Shown: piece after piece, positions 1 to 8,939 of the stretch | How positions within the stretch are numbered: position 1 is the stretch's first letter | Layout: each line of letters begins with the position of its first letter | From: an uncultured Verrucomicrobiae bacterium | GTDB taxonomy: Bacteria; Verrucomicrobiota; Verrucomicrobiia; Limisphaerales; Palsa-1400 | Length of the DNA: 64,000 bases | Direction of reading: 5' to 3' | Assembly (NCBI GenBank): GCA_963707025.1 | Contig: CAVPOM010000012.1 | Coordinates: 256,001-320,000 of the forward strand | The notes under the pieces: generated by a model | The model's input: the letters and a program-made list of their open reading frames with translations, nothing else | What the model was told of the DNA's origin: nothing | Database searches by the model: none | Program-made: the position numbers and the translations under genes

Positions 1-1556
1 CTCATTACGTTGCCGTTCGCGATTCCCGTCACAATCCCGCCGTTTTCAATCGAGACGCTGTTCCCGGCCACAACCGAGATGTTCCCGGCGGCGGTTTCGA
101 TATAACTGTAGTCATAGAGATTGACGTTCCCCATGCCAGAAACGACGCGGCCCGTGGCGAAATTGTATCCCGCCTCCAACGTCACCGACCAATTATTCTC
201 ATCCGTGATCTGCGAGGGGTTGTTGAACTCTCCCAGCGTGATGTCGCCGCCGGCCTGAAGGGTCAGTTGGCCCGTTGTTTTTCCTGTGCTTTGGGACAAA
301 TCCCAGGTGGTGCCCGGATCCAACGTGATGTCCCCGGAGGCTTCCAACAAGATCTGACTGGAGGTGATATGCTGAAACGCGGTGTTGACGTTGACGTAGA
401 GCGTGCCGGAACTGCCGCTTCCGTTGATCGTTCCAGTGCTGTCCGGACCGGTTGTTCCCGTCGTCCCCAGCTCGATGTTTTCCGGGTCAAGCGTGAAAAC
501 CCCGCTGTTCCAACCTGTCCGGGCGCCAGTGTCAATGCTCGAACCCAGCGACAGAATGTTCGGCGCGCTGACTTCCACATTCCCGCCGTTCCCGCCATGG
601 TCCCCGCCTGTCGCCGAGATTTGACTCCCGGCGCTGTCGCTGAAAGTGCCGCCGGACTTGATGGTGATGTCCCCCCCAGGGCTGGATCCGTTGGCGCCTC
701 CATTGGCCTGGATCACGGAGGAGCCTGCCAATTCGACATCCTGCGAGGCATAGAACTCAATCACCCCGTTTTTCTCACGAACGGAATTGGCCTGGACCAC
801 CCCGCTATTGTTGACTGTTTGCGCCTGCAACAGCACCCGCCCCGCGTCGGCCACGATCCGGCCCTGGTTGTCCACACTGCCGGCGGGCAGTTGCACGGGG
901 GCTGACAAGCACAACCCGTCCGGCCGCTCCGAGAGCAACACCTCCTGGCCGGCCACCAGGGCCGCCGTGCCGCCGGGCGCCTCGATGGTTCCGTGGTTCT
1001 GGATCTGTTTGGCGATCAAAAACAGGGAGCCTCCCGCGGCCGTTTCCAAATGCCCGTAATTGACAATCGGCGCCGCCGCCGGCGGGCCGTCAAAACTCCA
1101 ACCCGCGCCGCTTCCCGACCCCCATGGATTGATCGCCGCCGTCGTCACCACCAGCCCGCCGGTTTTGACAAAAGCATTCGGGCCAAAGTAAAACCCGCTC
1201 TGATTTTCCAGGACCACGATGCCATTGGCCTGCAAGGAGCCAAAGATCGTCGTGGGATTCCCGCTCCTGATGTAGTTAAAGACGATGGAACTGGCCGAAG
1301 GTTGATTAAAGACGGTCGTCTCCCCCGCGGCGATATTGAAACTGTTCCACTGCAAGAAGGCGTTCTGGGAGGTGGTGATCTGCAACACGCTGCCGTGTTG
1401 GGTGGCATGGGCCGATCCTGAAACCACCGTCATCCCCTGCGGGCCTGCGTAGCCTGTGCTGGACGCCAAGCCGAGCAACACAGCAACGAGCGCCGGCAAT
1501 CGGCAAGTTCTTGCTGGAGCCGTCTCGTGGCCTTTGCGGGTTAGTGGCAATTTCAT
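1..1556 (-). CDS. TpsA / filamentous haemagglutinin-family exoprotein, N-terminal part; runs off the left edge
   Basis: Absent from the ORF track because there is no stop in the window. Manual translation from ATG 1556: MKLPLTRKGHETAPARTCRLPALVAVLLGLASSTGYA|GPQGMTVVSG...NAFLQWNSFNIAAGETTVFNQPSASSIVFNYIRSGNPTTIFGSLQANGIVVLENQSGFYFG. This is a signal peptide plus haemagglutination-activity (TPS) domain, followed by G/N/T/S-rich beta-helix-like sequence. Lies directly downstream of tpsB. Confidence 0.9.
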   Translation of the reverse strand, partial: MKLPLTRKGHETAPARTCRLPALVAVLLGLASSTGYAGPQGMTVVSGSAHATQHGSVLQITTSQNAFLQWNSFNIAAGETTVFNQPSASSIVFNYIRSGNPTTIFGSLQANGIVVLENQSGFYFGPNAFVKTGGLVVTTAAINPWGSGSGAGWSFDGPPAAAPIVNYGHLETAAGGSLFLIAKQIQNHGTIEAPGGTAALVAGQEVLLSERPDGLCLSAPVQLPAGSVDNQGRIVADAGRVLLQAQTVNNSGVVQANSVREKNGVIEFYASQDVELAGSSVIQANGGANGSSPGGDITIKSGGTFSDSAGSQISATGGDHGGNGGNVEVSAPNILSLGSSIDTGARTGWNSGVFTLDPENIELGTTGTTGPDSTGTINGSGSSGTLYVNVNTAFQHITSSQILLEASGDITLDPGTTWDLSQSTGKTTGQLTLQAGGDITLGEFNNPSQITDENNWSVTLEAGYNFATGRVVSGMGNVNLYDYSYIETAAGNISVVAGNSVSIENGGIVTGIANGNVM

Positions 1557-1586
1557 TTTGAAGAATCGTGGTTGAATTGTCTCTAT

Positions 1587-4463
1587 TTAAAGCTGGGCGC
1601 TCAAGCTGAACGAAATCCGCTCGTGGCCCGCCACGGTATAGGCGCCGTTCAGCAGGGGCCAGGCGATCAAGATGTGGCTTTCCACATACGGGCCGAATTT
1701 AAAGTTGATCCCCGCGCCCATGCCCCAAAGCGCTTGGTGGGCGTTGGACGCGACGCCCTGGTCCAACTGATAACCTTCCCCGTAGTCAGTGAACGCGGTC
1801 AACTGCGTCCCAAATTTCTTGCTGGCGCCGCGCCAGTAAGTGGGTGAACGCAGTTCCATCTGCCCCACCCAGCCGGTATCCGCATACAGCTCCCCTTCCT
1901 GGTATCCGCGCACGCTGGCGTTGCCCCCCAACTCGAACTGTTCCAGGTTCAGCAGCGGCTCGTTGGCCCACTGCCCCGACAGGCCGCCGTACAAGGTGAA
2001 GTTGCCGGGCAGGACCTGGGTGCGCGACAACTGCGGCCGCACCGCGATGAATTCCGTGGTGGCCTCCGTCGAATTGGCAATCAGAACCGGGAATGGCCTG
2101 ACCCGGCAAAATGTCCCGCCCGTTCCCGCCACCAGCGACAGGCCACCGTCAAATTCACTCCACTGATTGCTCGTCGCTGCCCTCTGACCCCAATGGTCCT
2201 GACGCGATCCTGTCCACCCCAAAAAGAACGGCGTGTACTGCAAGGAGGGAAATGTCTGAACCCCGCCTATGGAGATGGTCTTATGGGTGATGGTGGGCGG
2301 GGCGCTTGAATTGGCGCCGTGCGTCACGATGGTGGTGTAGTAAAAGTCGTTGGCCGGCAGCGTTACCACCTTGTCCTCCTTGTAGTCCATCCCGAAGCTC
2401 CAACTGGACTGGATCCCCTGCCACTCCGGCAACGGAAAGCCCACCCTTCCCCCGGCGGTGGTTTGCGAGGTGTATTGCTGGGTTATCAGTTGCTGTTCAA
2501 TCTTCAACAGAGAGGTGTCCACCACCTGGCTCACCGGCCCATAAATGGTCGGCCCGGTCGTGGAACGCGAGGCATAGGCCGTGAACTCCGGCCGCCCGAT
2601 GGCCGGAGGCTGCACGAACTGCCGGGTCGTCTCGTTGTAACCAAATTTATTCGGGTCTTGGGCAATTTGTGATTCCACCTCCGCCGGCGCCCCCAACGGC
2701 GCCCGGTAAAAGCCGCTGTAATAAGCCACCGTCGGCGCGTCCATTGGGTTCAACGCCACATGGGTATCACTGGCCAGCGATGGTTTCAACAGTTCGGGGC
2801 TGAACCCGTATTGCAGGCCCAGGGTGTGATCCAACTGCCACAGATTTCCGTAAGAGGCATTCCCATTCACCCGCAACTCCGGCGTGCCCGGCGGACTGTA
2901 GTTGTCCATTTCCAGCCGGCCATGCAAGGGAAGCCGGTCTGTGACATCCAGGGTGAGCGCCGAGGTGCCCGGCTCCGGTCCTGGGCCCACTTTCGGATAG
3001 ATTTGCCGGTCGGGGTTGGAATTGGCGCGGTCCAACTCCGTTTCAAACACCTTTGAGTTCAGAATGCCCTCCCCGGATTCGAGCGTCGTCGCGTACGGCA
3101 GCGAGGCCATGATATTATTCGAACTGAAGTAATGGTTGTGCAGAATCCTGACCGCCGCCAGCTTTCCCTCGGTCACCTGAAAATAGACAACCCCGTTGGT
3201 GAGTTTCTGCCCGGCGGGAATGGCTACTTTCACGGTGTAATAGCCGCGCCGGAAATACTCCAATTGCAGGGCGGCCCAGGCGTTCGTGGTTTTGTTTATA
3301 AATCCATCCATATCCACCGCCTCGCTGGTGTACGGAGCCAGAACGCTGGAAATCAGGTTGCTTGCCAGCAGCGTGTTCCCAATCACCTCAAACCGGTCCA
3401 GCTTGAACTTGGGCGTGGCCTGGGCGGCAGCGGCGGCGTTGGTGTCAGCGGCGTTGGTGCGGGTGGCGGCGGCCACCGGCTGGTTGGTGCTGGTGCCGCC
3501 GGCCTCTTGCGCCCCAAGACAATTGGAAATCCCCGCCGAACTCAACAGCAGCCAAACCACCACCGCCGCCAATTGCAGCGGCTTGGCCCGCGGCGGGCGG
3601 CGCGGTGGCGTCGTCTGCGCTTGCCGCCATTCCGTCGGGGTCATGTGAAACCGCTTCTTGAAAACGTAATTAAAGTGCGCCAGCGACCCGTGCCCGCTCT
3701 CCAGGGCCACGTCAATGATCTTCAGGTTCCCCTCCAGCAGCAATTGACACGCCTTCTTGAGCCGAAGACCGGACACATAAGACGGGAAGCTGGTTTCCCA
3801 CTCCTCTCGAAACAGCCGGCTCACGTGCCGTTCGCAGCAGTGCAGATGTTTGGCCAGCTCGCCAAGGGTCAAACTGGTCAGTTCGGATTCCGGTGTTTGA
3901 CCGATGAAGTGTCGCAGCCGCCCCTTGGCCTCCATCTGCTTCTTCTCATTCTCCATCCCCTCCTTCAGGGCGGCCTGCAATTGGGGCTGCAACAATTCCG
4001 CGAACGCTTGCGCCAACGCCAGCCGGGTGGACAGCGTCGGCGGCTGAGTCTGCGCGAACAATTGCGTCACGCGCCCGGCCAGGGGGTGATCCGCCGGCAG
4101 GGCCAGGAACGGCGCGCACTGCCGCGCCACCTCCGTCTCCAGGCATCGCCGCTCCAGCGCCGTCACGAACCCCGTCAACGCAGCCACCCGGAACCCCACT
4201 CCGCGAAACCTGGCCCGCCCCAGCACACTGGCCGTGAGCGTGATCTGCGCATTGGGCGGGCAGACGATCACCCCGCCCAAGGGCAGTTCCTTGTTGGCCT
4301 TGCTGTCAAAGACGTAGGCAATCCCCTCGCACAATTGCAGAACCATCCAATCCTGCGCCGTAAAATGCCAGTCCGCCCCGTTGAGAATGATCCGCTCAAA
4401 CTTGGACAGGTGTGCGGGATTTGACAATTGGATTGGCTCGCTCAATTTCGCCACAACGTGCAA
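1587..4463 (-). CDS. Fusion of AraC-family regulator, internal signal peptide and TpsB (ShlB/FhaC/HecB) POTRA + beta-barrel transporter
   Basis: aa ~180-282 form an AraC double HTH (LGELAKHLHCCERHVSRLF...LRLKKACQLL...IIDVALESGHGSLAHFNYVFKKRFHMTPTEWR). aa ~286-318 are basic then hydrophobic (RRPPRAKPLQLAAVVVWLLLSSAGISNCLGA). Then POTRA (FEVIGNTLL, YFRRGY, VTEG) and a barrel with the VRGY loop-6 motif. The real start is probably GTG 4454 or later, because TATAAT overlaps the TTG at 4463. Confidence 0.85.
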   Translation of the reverse strand: MHVVAKLSEPIQLSNPAHLSKFERIILNGADWHFTAQDWMVLQLCEGIAYVFDSKANKELPLGGVIVCPPNAQITLTASVLGRARFRGVGFRVAALTGFVTALERRCLETEVARQCAPFLALPADHPLAGRVTQLFAQTQPPTLSTRLALAQAFAELLQPQLQAALKEGMENEKKQMEAKGRLRHFIGQTPESELTSLTLGELAKHLHCCERHVSRLFREEWETSFPSYVSGLRLKKACQLLLEGNLKIIDVALESGHGSLAHFNYVFKKRFHMTPTEWRQAQTTPPRRPPRAKPLQLAAVVVWLLLSSAGISNCLGAQEAGGTSTNQPVAAATRTNAADTNAAAAAQATPKFKLDRFEVIGNTLLASNLISSVLAPYTSEAVDMDGFINKTTNAWAALQLEYFRRGYYTVKVAIPAGQKLTNGVVYFQVTEGKLAAVRILHNHYFSSNNIMASLPYATTLESGEGILNSKVFETELDRANSNPDRQIYPKVGPGPEPGTSALTLDVTDRLPLHGRLEMDNYSPPGTPELRVNGNASYGNLWQLDHTLGLQYGFSPELLKPSLASDTHVALNPMDAPTVAYYSGFYRAPLGAPAEVESQIAQDPNKFGYNETTRQFVQPPAIGRPEFTAYASRSTTGPTIYGPVSQVVDTSLLKIEQQLITQQYTSQTTAGGRVGFPLPEWQGIQSSWSFGMDYKEDKVVTLPANDFYYTTIVTHGANSSAPPTITHKTISIGGVQTFPSLQYTPFFLGWTGSRQDHWGQRAATSNQWSEFDGGLSLVAGTGGTFCRVRPFPVLIANSTEATTEFIAVRPQLSRTQVLPGNFTLYGGLSGQWANEPLLNLEQFELGGNASVRGYQEGELYADTGWVGQMELRSPTYWRGASKKFGTQLTAFTDYGEGYQLDQGVASNAHQALWGMGAGINFKFGPYVESHILIAWPLLNGAYTVAGHERISFSLSAQL

Positions 4464-4517
4464 TTATACAGAGATTCGTGGCAACCATGCGGCTGCAATG
4501 TGACAATCTTGTGACAA
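4463..4517 (-). promoter_or_regulatory. Pho-box-like 11-bp-period direct repeats plus TATAAT -10 element for the araC-tpsB-tpsA unit
   Basis: Minus strand reads TTGTCACAAGA TTGTCACATTG CAGCCGCATGG TTGCCACGAAT CTCTG TATAAT, resembling PhoB-type (C/T)TGTCA(T/C) repeats placed 9 nt upstream of a perfect -10. Confidence 0.7.
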
Positions 4518-4562
4518 TGTATTGGTCAAAAATCACCGCGGCCTGCCACCCGCCGAAAAACC

Positions 4563-4597
4563 AAAAAAAGGGTGCGGACCCTTGCGGGGCCGCACCC
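4563..4597 (-). terminator. Intrinsic terminator after the PstS-like gene
   Basis: Minus strand GGGTGCGGCCCC-GCAA-GGGTCCGCACCC followed by T7. Confidence 0.9.
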
Positions 4598-4641
4598 GTT
4601 TCCAGTCCCCAAGCCGGGGACTTTAATTTCGGTTGACGAAC

Positions 4642-6006
4642 TCAGTTGCCCGTGATCACATCGCCGCCATCGCCGGCGTTGCGATAGACATTCATTTGGC
4701 TCAGGTTGACCGCCGTCGGAAGCGCCCTGCCTCCAAATTTAGAGTAGTGCGCGGGATTTTGGATTTCATACTGGACAGCTTCAATCAAATCGGTCGCAAA
4801 GGCCTGGACAAAGACGGCGCTGGATTGCAGACCCGCGATGGCCGTTTGAGTGCCATTGGCCACATTCTGACCTTGATACATGCGTTCATAATTCCACATG
4901 ATATAACTGCCGTTGATGACGGCATTGGTATCGTAATAACCTGTGTTCGGAAAAGTCCCGCCCACCCAGGGTACCTGGCCCTGAAAGCTGATCGGACCCT
5001 CAAAATTGGTGGCGGTGCCCGTCATTTTCGAGGAATCCGCCCAACCGATGTAGGCAATCGCGGCGGGAGCTCCGTTGACGGAGGCGTCATGCATGGCGAA
5101 CCCGACATTGCCGCCGGTAAAATAGCCGTTATTGGCAACAGACAGCCATTGGTTGCCGGTTGCCGGAGGCGCCAGCGTGTCGGTGGATGCCAGGCCCGGC
5201 GTGGTTGATCCGTCCGCGCTCAAGCCATATTGATGGAGATTTTGGAGCAGCGAGTAACCCCAATCGCTCACCGTCGAGCCGCGAGTGCCGGAGAGGTTGT
5301 AACGGCCCACGGCATACACGGATGAGCCCGAGTCCGTGGACTTGCCCGTGAAGAAGCTCAGAGGATACTGCCCATTATGAAACAGATCTATGAATTGGAG
5401 CTCGGTCATGCTGGTAATGGATTGCGCATTTCCATCCACCACCATGGTGAACGGTTGAACCGCGATGCCGGTTGGCGCATGGCGGGCCTGGTCGGCGGCG
5501 AGGCGAGACTCGACCAGGGTGATCCCGGTCTTGGCCGCCGTGTAATTCACCCCGCCCAGCGTCCCCTGGTAGCAGGTGGACTGGGCTATGTCCGACATCG
5601 CGATGTCGGCTCCATTATGACTGAAGGTGCCGGTGAAGAATGATCCGGAATCCACATTCTGATACGTTGCGTTGTTCGTCGAATAGAGGAGGGTCTGGAC
5701 TCCCTCCACGGAACCGCTCCAGGAGCAGAACACGGTCACCGGGCCGGTCGCGCTCAAGGGAATGCTCCCGCCGGTGGTGTCGGTGAGGGTGCCTGAGTAG
5801 GTGAACCAATTGGAGCCGGAGGCATCTTGCGCTGCGGATGTCAGGCCCAAATCAATCAGGGCGTTAAAGATCTGGCTGCGGAAGGCTGTGGAGCCAGTGA
5901 GATAAACTGGATTGCCGACGACGCTGCCATCGGGCTGAGCTTGGGCGGCGCCCGCGAGACCCAGCCCCAATGCCAGAAGGCTGATTGTTTTGATCATGTT
6001 TTTCAT
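4642..6006 (-). CDS. Secreted PstS/DING-like phosphate-binding-fold protein
   Basis: Signal peptide ending AAQA. Motifs in PstS order: LTGSTAF, SGSVEG, ADIAMSD, GRYNLSGTR, AIAYIG, NGSY. Confidence 0.6.
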   Translation of the reverse strand: MKNMIKTISLLALGLGLAGAAQAQPDGSVVGNPVYLTGSTAFRSQIFNALIDLGLTSAAQDASGSNWFTYSGTLTDTTGGSIPLSATGPVTVFCSWSGSVEGVQTLLYSTNNATYQNVDSGSFFTGTFSHNGADIAMSDIAQSTCYQGTLGGVNYTAAKTGITLVESRLAADQARHAPTGIAVQPFTMVVDGNAQSITSMTELQFIDLFHNGQYPLSFFTGKSTDSGSSVYAVGRYNLSGTRGSTVSDWGYSLLQNLHQYGLSADGSTTPGLASTDTLAPPATGNQWLSVANNGYFTGGNVGFAMHDASVNGAPAAIAYIGWADSSKMTGTATNFEGPISFQGQVPWVGGTFPNTGYYDTNAVINGSYIMWNYERMYQGQNVANGTQTAIAGLQSSAVFVQAFATDLIEAVQYEIQNPAHYSKFGGRALPTAVNLSQMNVYRNAGDGGDVITGN

Positions 6007-6078
6007 ATTACGCAGTTACTTTCTGTGATTGGTGTTTTTGTAATCGGAACTCTTTTTCGTTTCGGGTTTAATTCGCTC

Positions 6079-6934
6079 TTAGGCAGTGAGGGAGCGGAGT
6101 TGACGGCGGAAAGCCAAGGCGAGGAGGCCAGCGGCCGCGATCAGGCCGTAGGTGGACGGTTCGGGAACCGCGCTCAGAGTGCCTTCCGAGAAATCCACTT
6201 CGCCATCGGGCAGGAAGGAGAAGTAGCCATCGTAGGCGGGAGTGCCCTGGCCGGTCGCTGGCGTTGTCCACAGCGCCTCATAAATCGCGCCGGTGGTTGG
6301 GGTGGCTTCGGTCGCACTGCCGCTCAACTGGCCGGCGTAGTTAATTACGTCCGGGCTGCTGGTGTTCCGGGCCAGGGAGTGGTAGCTGTTGGCGTTGGCG
6401 TCGGGAACGATGGCTCCATTGACTGAACCGGGAAGCGTCGTCTGCGCACTATCAACATAGCCGCCGGCTTCGGCTCCGATTTGCAGCATAGACCCGCCGA
6501 CGTTGCCCTGCGAGACTGTGACTGCCCTGTACGCTGGCGCCCTGGCCTGAGGTGATCACCCTTGACAGCCACAAGGTGGTTCCGCCACTGAGATTATTGT
6601 CTGCGGCCACCGACATGCCGATTTGATTGACCGGACCTACCGCCGTGGTCAAGCTGGAGACGGTGAACTGCGACGCGTAGCCAGCGGTGCCGGTGATGCC
6701 GGCGCCTGAATTCAACACCGCCGTTTGGCCAGGGAGGGCCGCAACGGTGCTGAGAAAGGTGCTGACTTGCCCCACGTCAACCACCACATCATTGCCACCG
6801 TCGGTGGAAGAATTCCGGAACAGGAGCATGAGGTCATTGTCGTTAAAGGAGCTCAGTCCTTGCCCGAACGCCTGGGAAGCCGTCACGAGCGCAACCCCGG
6901 TCAGGACGGCCAACATTGTTTGTTTCTTGTTCAT
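6079..6934 (-). CDS. PEP-CTERM sorting-domain protein (one frameshift near 6500-6540)
   Basis: ORF 6452..6934 supplies the signal peptide and N-terminus. ORF 6079..6489 ends VPEPSTYGLIAAAGLLALAFRRQLRSLTA. Confidence 0.85.
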
Positions 6935-7061
6935 AGTGTCTATTCTCTTTTGTTTGGCCCTTTTGGGGCCATCTGTGCTAATTTGACTTTGTTTCGGCGA
7001 CGTTGATCCTTTAATTCAGACCAACTTCAGATCAAGCAATGTCTTGCTCAACGTGGGCATC

Positions 7062-7274
7062 AGTGTAAGGCATCTGAAAAGTAGTTCGTCTCAAAAACAG
7101 ACACGGCTGAATGAAATCTGGACATGGATAGCCAGAAAGGCAACCTGCTTAACATCAAGCGCTTGCGAATAAGATTCGAGATTCAGGCCGCTTCTGATGG
7201 TCATCCGCGCTCAATGTCAACGATTCTTCACAATCGGGAGGCCCGCGACGGATGAATTGTCAGTAAGCTGTCAC
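7062..7274 (-). promoter_or_regulatory. Upstream control region of PEP-CTERM gene 1: conserved 30-bp motif, IHF-like site, 21-bp-spaced repeats, TACACT -10
   Basis: 7206-7235 matches 16310-16339 at 28/30. ATCAAGCGCTTG at 7154-7165 resembles the IHF consensus. CCATGTCC/CCGTGTCT repeats start at 7127 and 7106. TACACT at 7067-7062. An 11-bp-spaced TTGTCAG/CTGTCAC pair is at 7257-7274 on the plus strand. Confidence 0.55.
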
Positions 7275-7342
7275 TTTACCACGTTGGATTTCGCCAGGGA
7301 GCAGAGAATCGGCTGCCAACCTGCCATCGGCCTCCCTGGCTG

Positions 7343-8939
7343 CTACTTTTTTGCGCTCCATACGGCCATCATGTCGGGCGATCCCTGGTTATGCACATTG
7401 TTGTCGGTCAGGATGGCGTCGGTGTCCTCCAACATCTGCTCCCGTGGAAAGACCAGGCTGTCGCTGTAGCGACCGAAGAAATCAATGGAGACGAATTGTT
7501 CCTTGCAGTCCCGCAAGACCTGGACCAAATGCGCCAGGTTCTTGATGGGAATGCCGTTGAGGGCTTTGACAACCTGGGTGACCGGGCTGGGGTAGTTCTC
7601 GGAAAGCTTGTGCTGGAAAACCGAGGTGACCACCACCAGGCGTTCTCCTTCGAATTTGGGGAGATCGTCGCACCGGCTCACCAGCGGAGTGTCCTCGTCC
7701 AGAATATGCAGGGTCGCATTCAGCCCGGTGCTGCCGGCAATGGCGCCGCTGATCCAATCGTAAAAGAGGTCCTGGGAAGCGTCGGAAAAGACCAGGGGAC
7801 CGAAGACAAAATAGTCCGGATAGGCGCCGTTGAGAGCAGGGAGAAGGCGGGGAGGGCTGGATTGGATCGGCACCTTCAGGTGGAGAGGGTGGCCCGATCT
7901 GATCACCGTCAGCGGCACCCTCCCCTCAACGGCGGTTTGGTTGAACAGGTAAGGGAACGCAACATGCAGGCCATTTTCCAGTTGAATCATCCCCTCGTCA
8001 TCGAGCTGGCTGTTGCCCGCTTGGGTGATGATATCCCATTTGCGCAGAGGGTTATCGGCAGGGACCGTGCCCATTTGCTGGATCACGACACCATGGACCG
8101 ATTTATCCACGCCCAGGAAGGAACGAAGGGCGGGATGTCGCAGTTCCTGCATGACGACATCCAAGCTCGGGCGGCCATGGTAGCTTCCCTCCCGGATGGC
8201 TTTGAGGAACAAGTCAATCTCCTCGCAAGGAATGATGTAACTGATCTTCTCCCCCTTGCCCGGAGGGGGAAACGACAGGCCGATCATCGTATCCCCCATC
8301 ACCACCGGTCCTCCGCTGCAGCCTGGATTGATGGGGGCGTCCACTTGGATACGCAGGCCGCTGGCGCCGTTGTAGGAGGTGAAATCAACGCGCGAGACCG
8401 TGCCCTTGGTGGTCGCAACGCTGGCTCCCCCGGACGGAAAACCATAAGCCGTGACGGAGTCTTTGGCTTGTGGCAATCTCAGGGTGCGCGGCAATGGGGG
8501 ATGGGTGTTAAAGAAAGTATCATCGTCCAGTTTAAGCACCGCCAAATCAATTTCCGGTGAAATCCCCTCCACGGTCGCGTTGACATTGTCTCCCGGCTTG
8601 GTTCCCCTTGATTTGCAGTTCGCTGGCGTAAGCCACCGCGTTGGCGGTGGTAAGAATCCGCTTGCCCTCAATGACGACGCCGCTGGAGGAAGCTGAAAAG
8701 GGTGATTTCTTGCTCCAGGGCTGGAACCGGTCGGGGTAACGGAGGGTGGAGATGATTTGGACAACGGATTTGCCAACCACGTCAGGATTGGCATCCGCAG
8801 CGGGCGGGGCGGATTGCGGCGGCGGATCGCCGGCGGCTTGGGTGACGGCGCCAAAAAGACAGCCGGCCAGGCCAACAAAAGTGGAAAGTCGGCGCCGGTG
8901 AGAACCGGGGCTTTTCTTCGTAATCATGAGACGGGACAT
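7343..8939 (-). CDS. HtrA/Deg (Deg2-like) trypsin + PDZ protein with catalytic His replaced; frameshift near 8593
   Basis: SSSGVVIEGKRILTTANAV, DLAVLKLDD, IQVDAPINPGCSGGP, then PDZ-like domains. The two ORFs join after one extra G in GCCGGGAGAC. Confidence 0.85.

Noticed and set aside
1559..1569. TGAAGAATCGT partial match to the 30-bp PEP-CTERM motif
   Set aside because: Only 11 bp, opposite orientation relative to the gene, and inside the 30-bp tpsB-tpsA spacer; probably chance.
267..4424. Long plus-strand ORFs (267..905, 3132..4424) and similar shadows elsewhere (7391..8560, 40721..42211, 60606..62219)
   Set aside because: Antisense shadows of clearly recognisable genes in high-GC DNA, with no family motifs.
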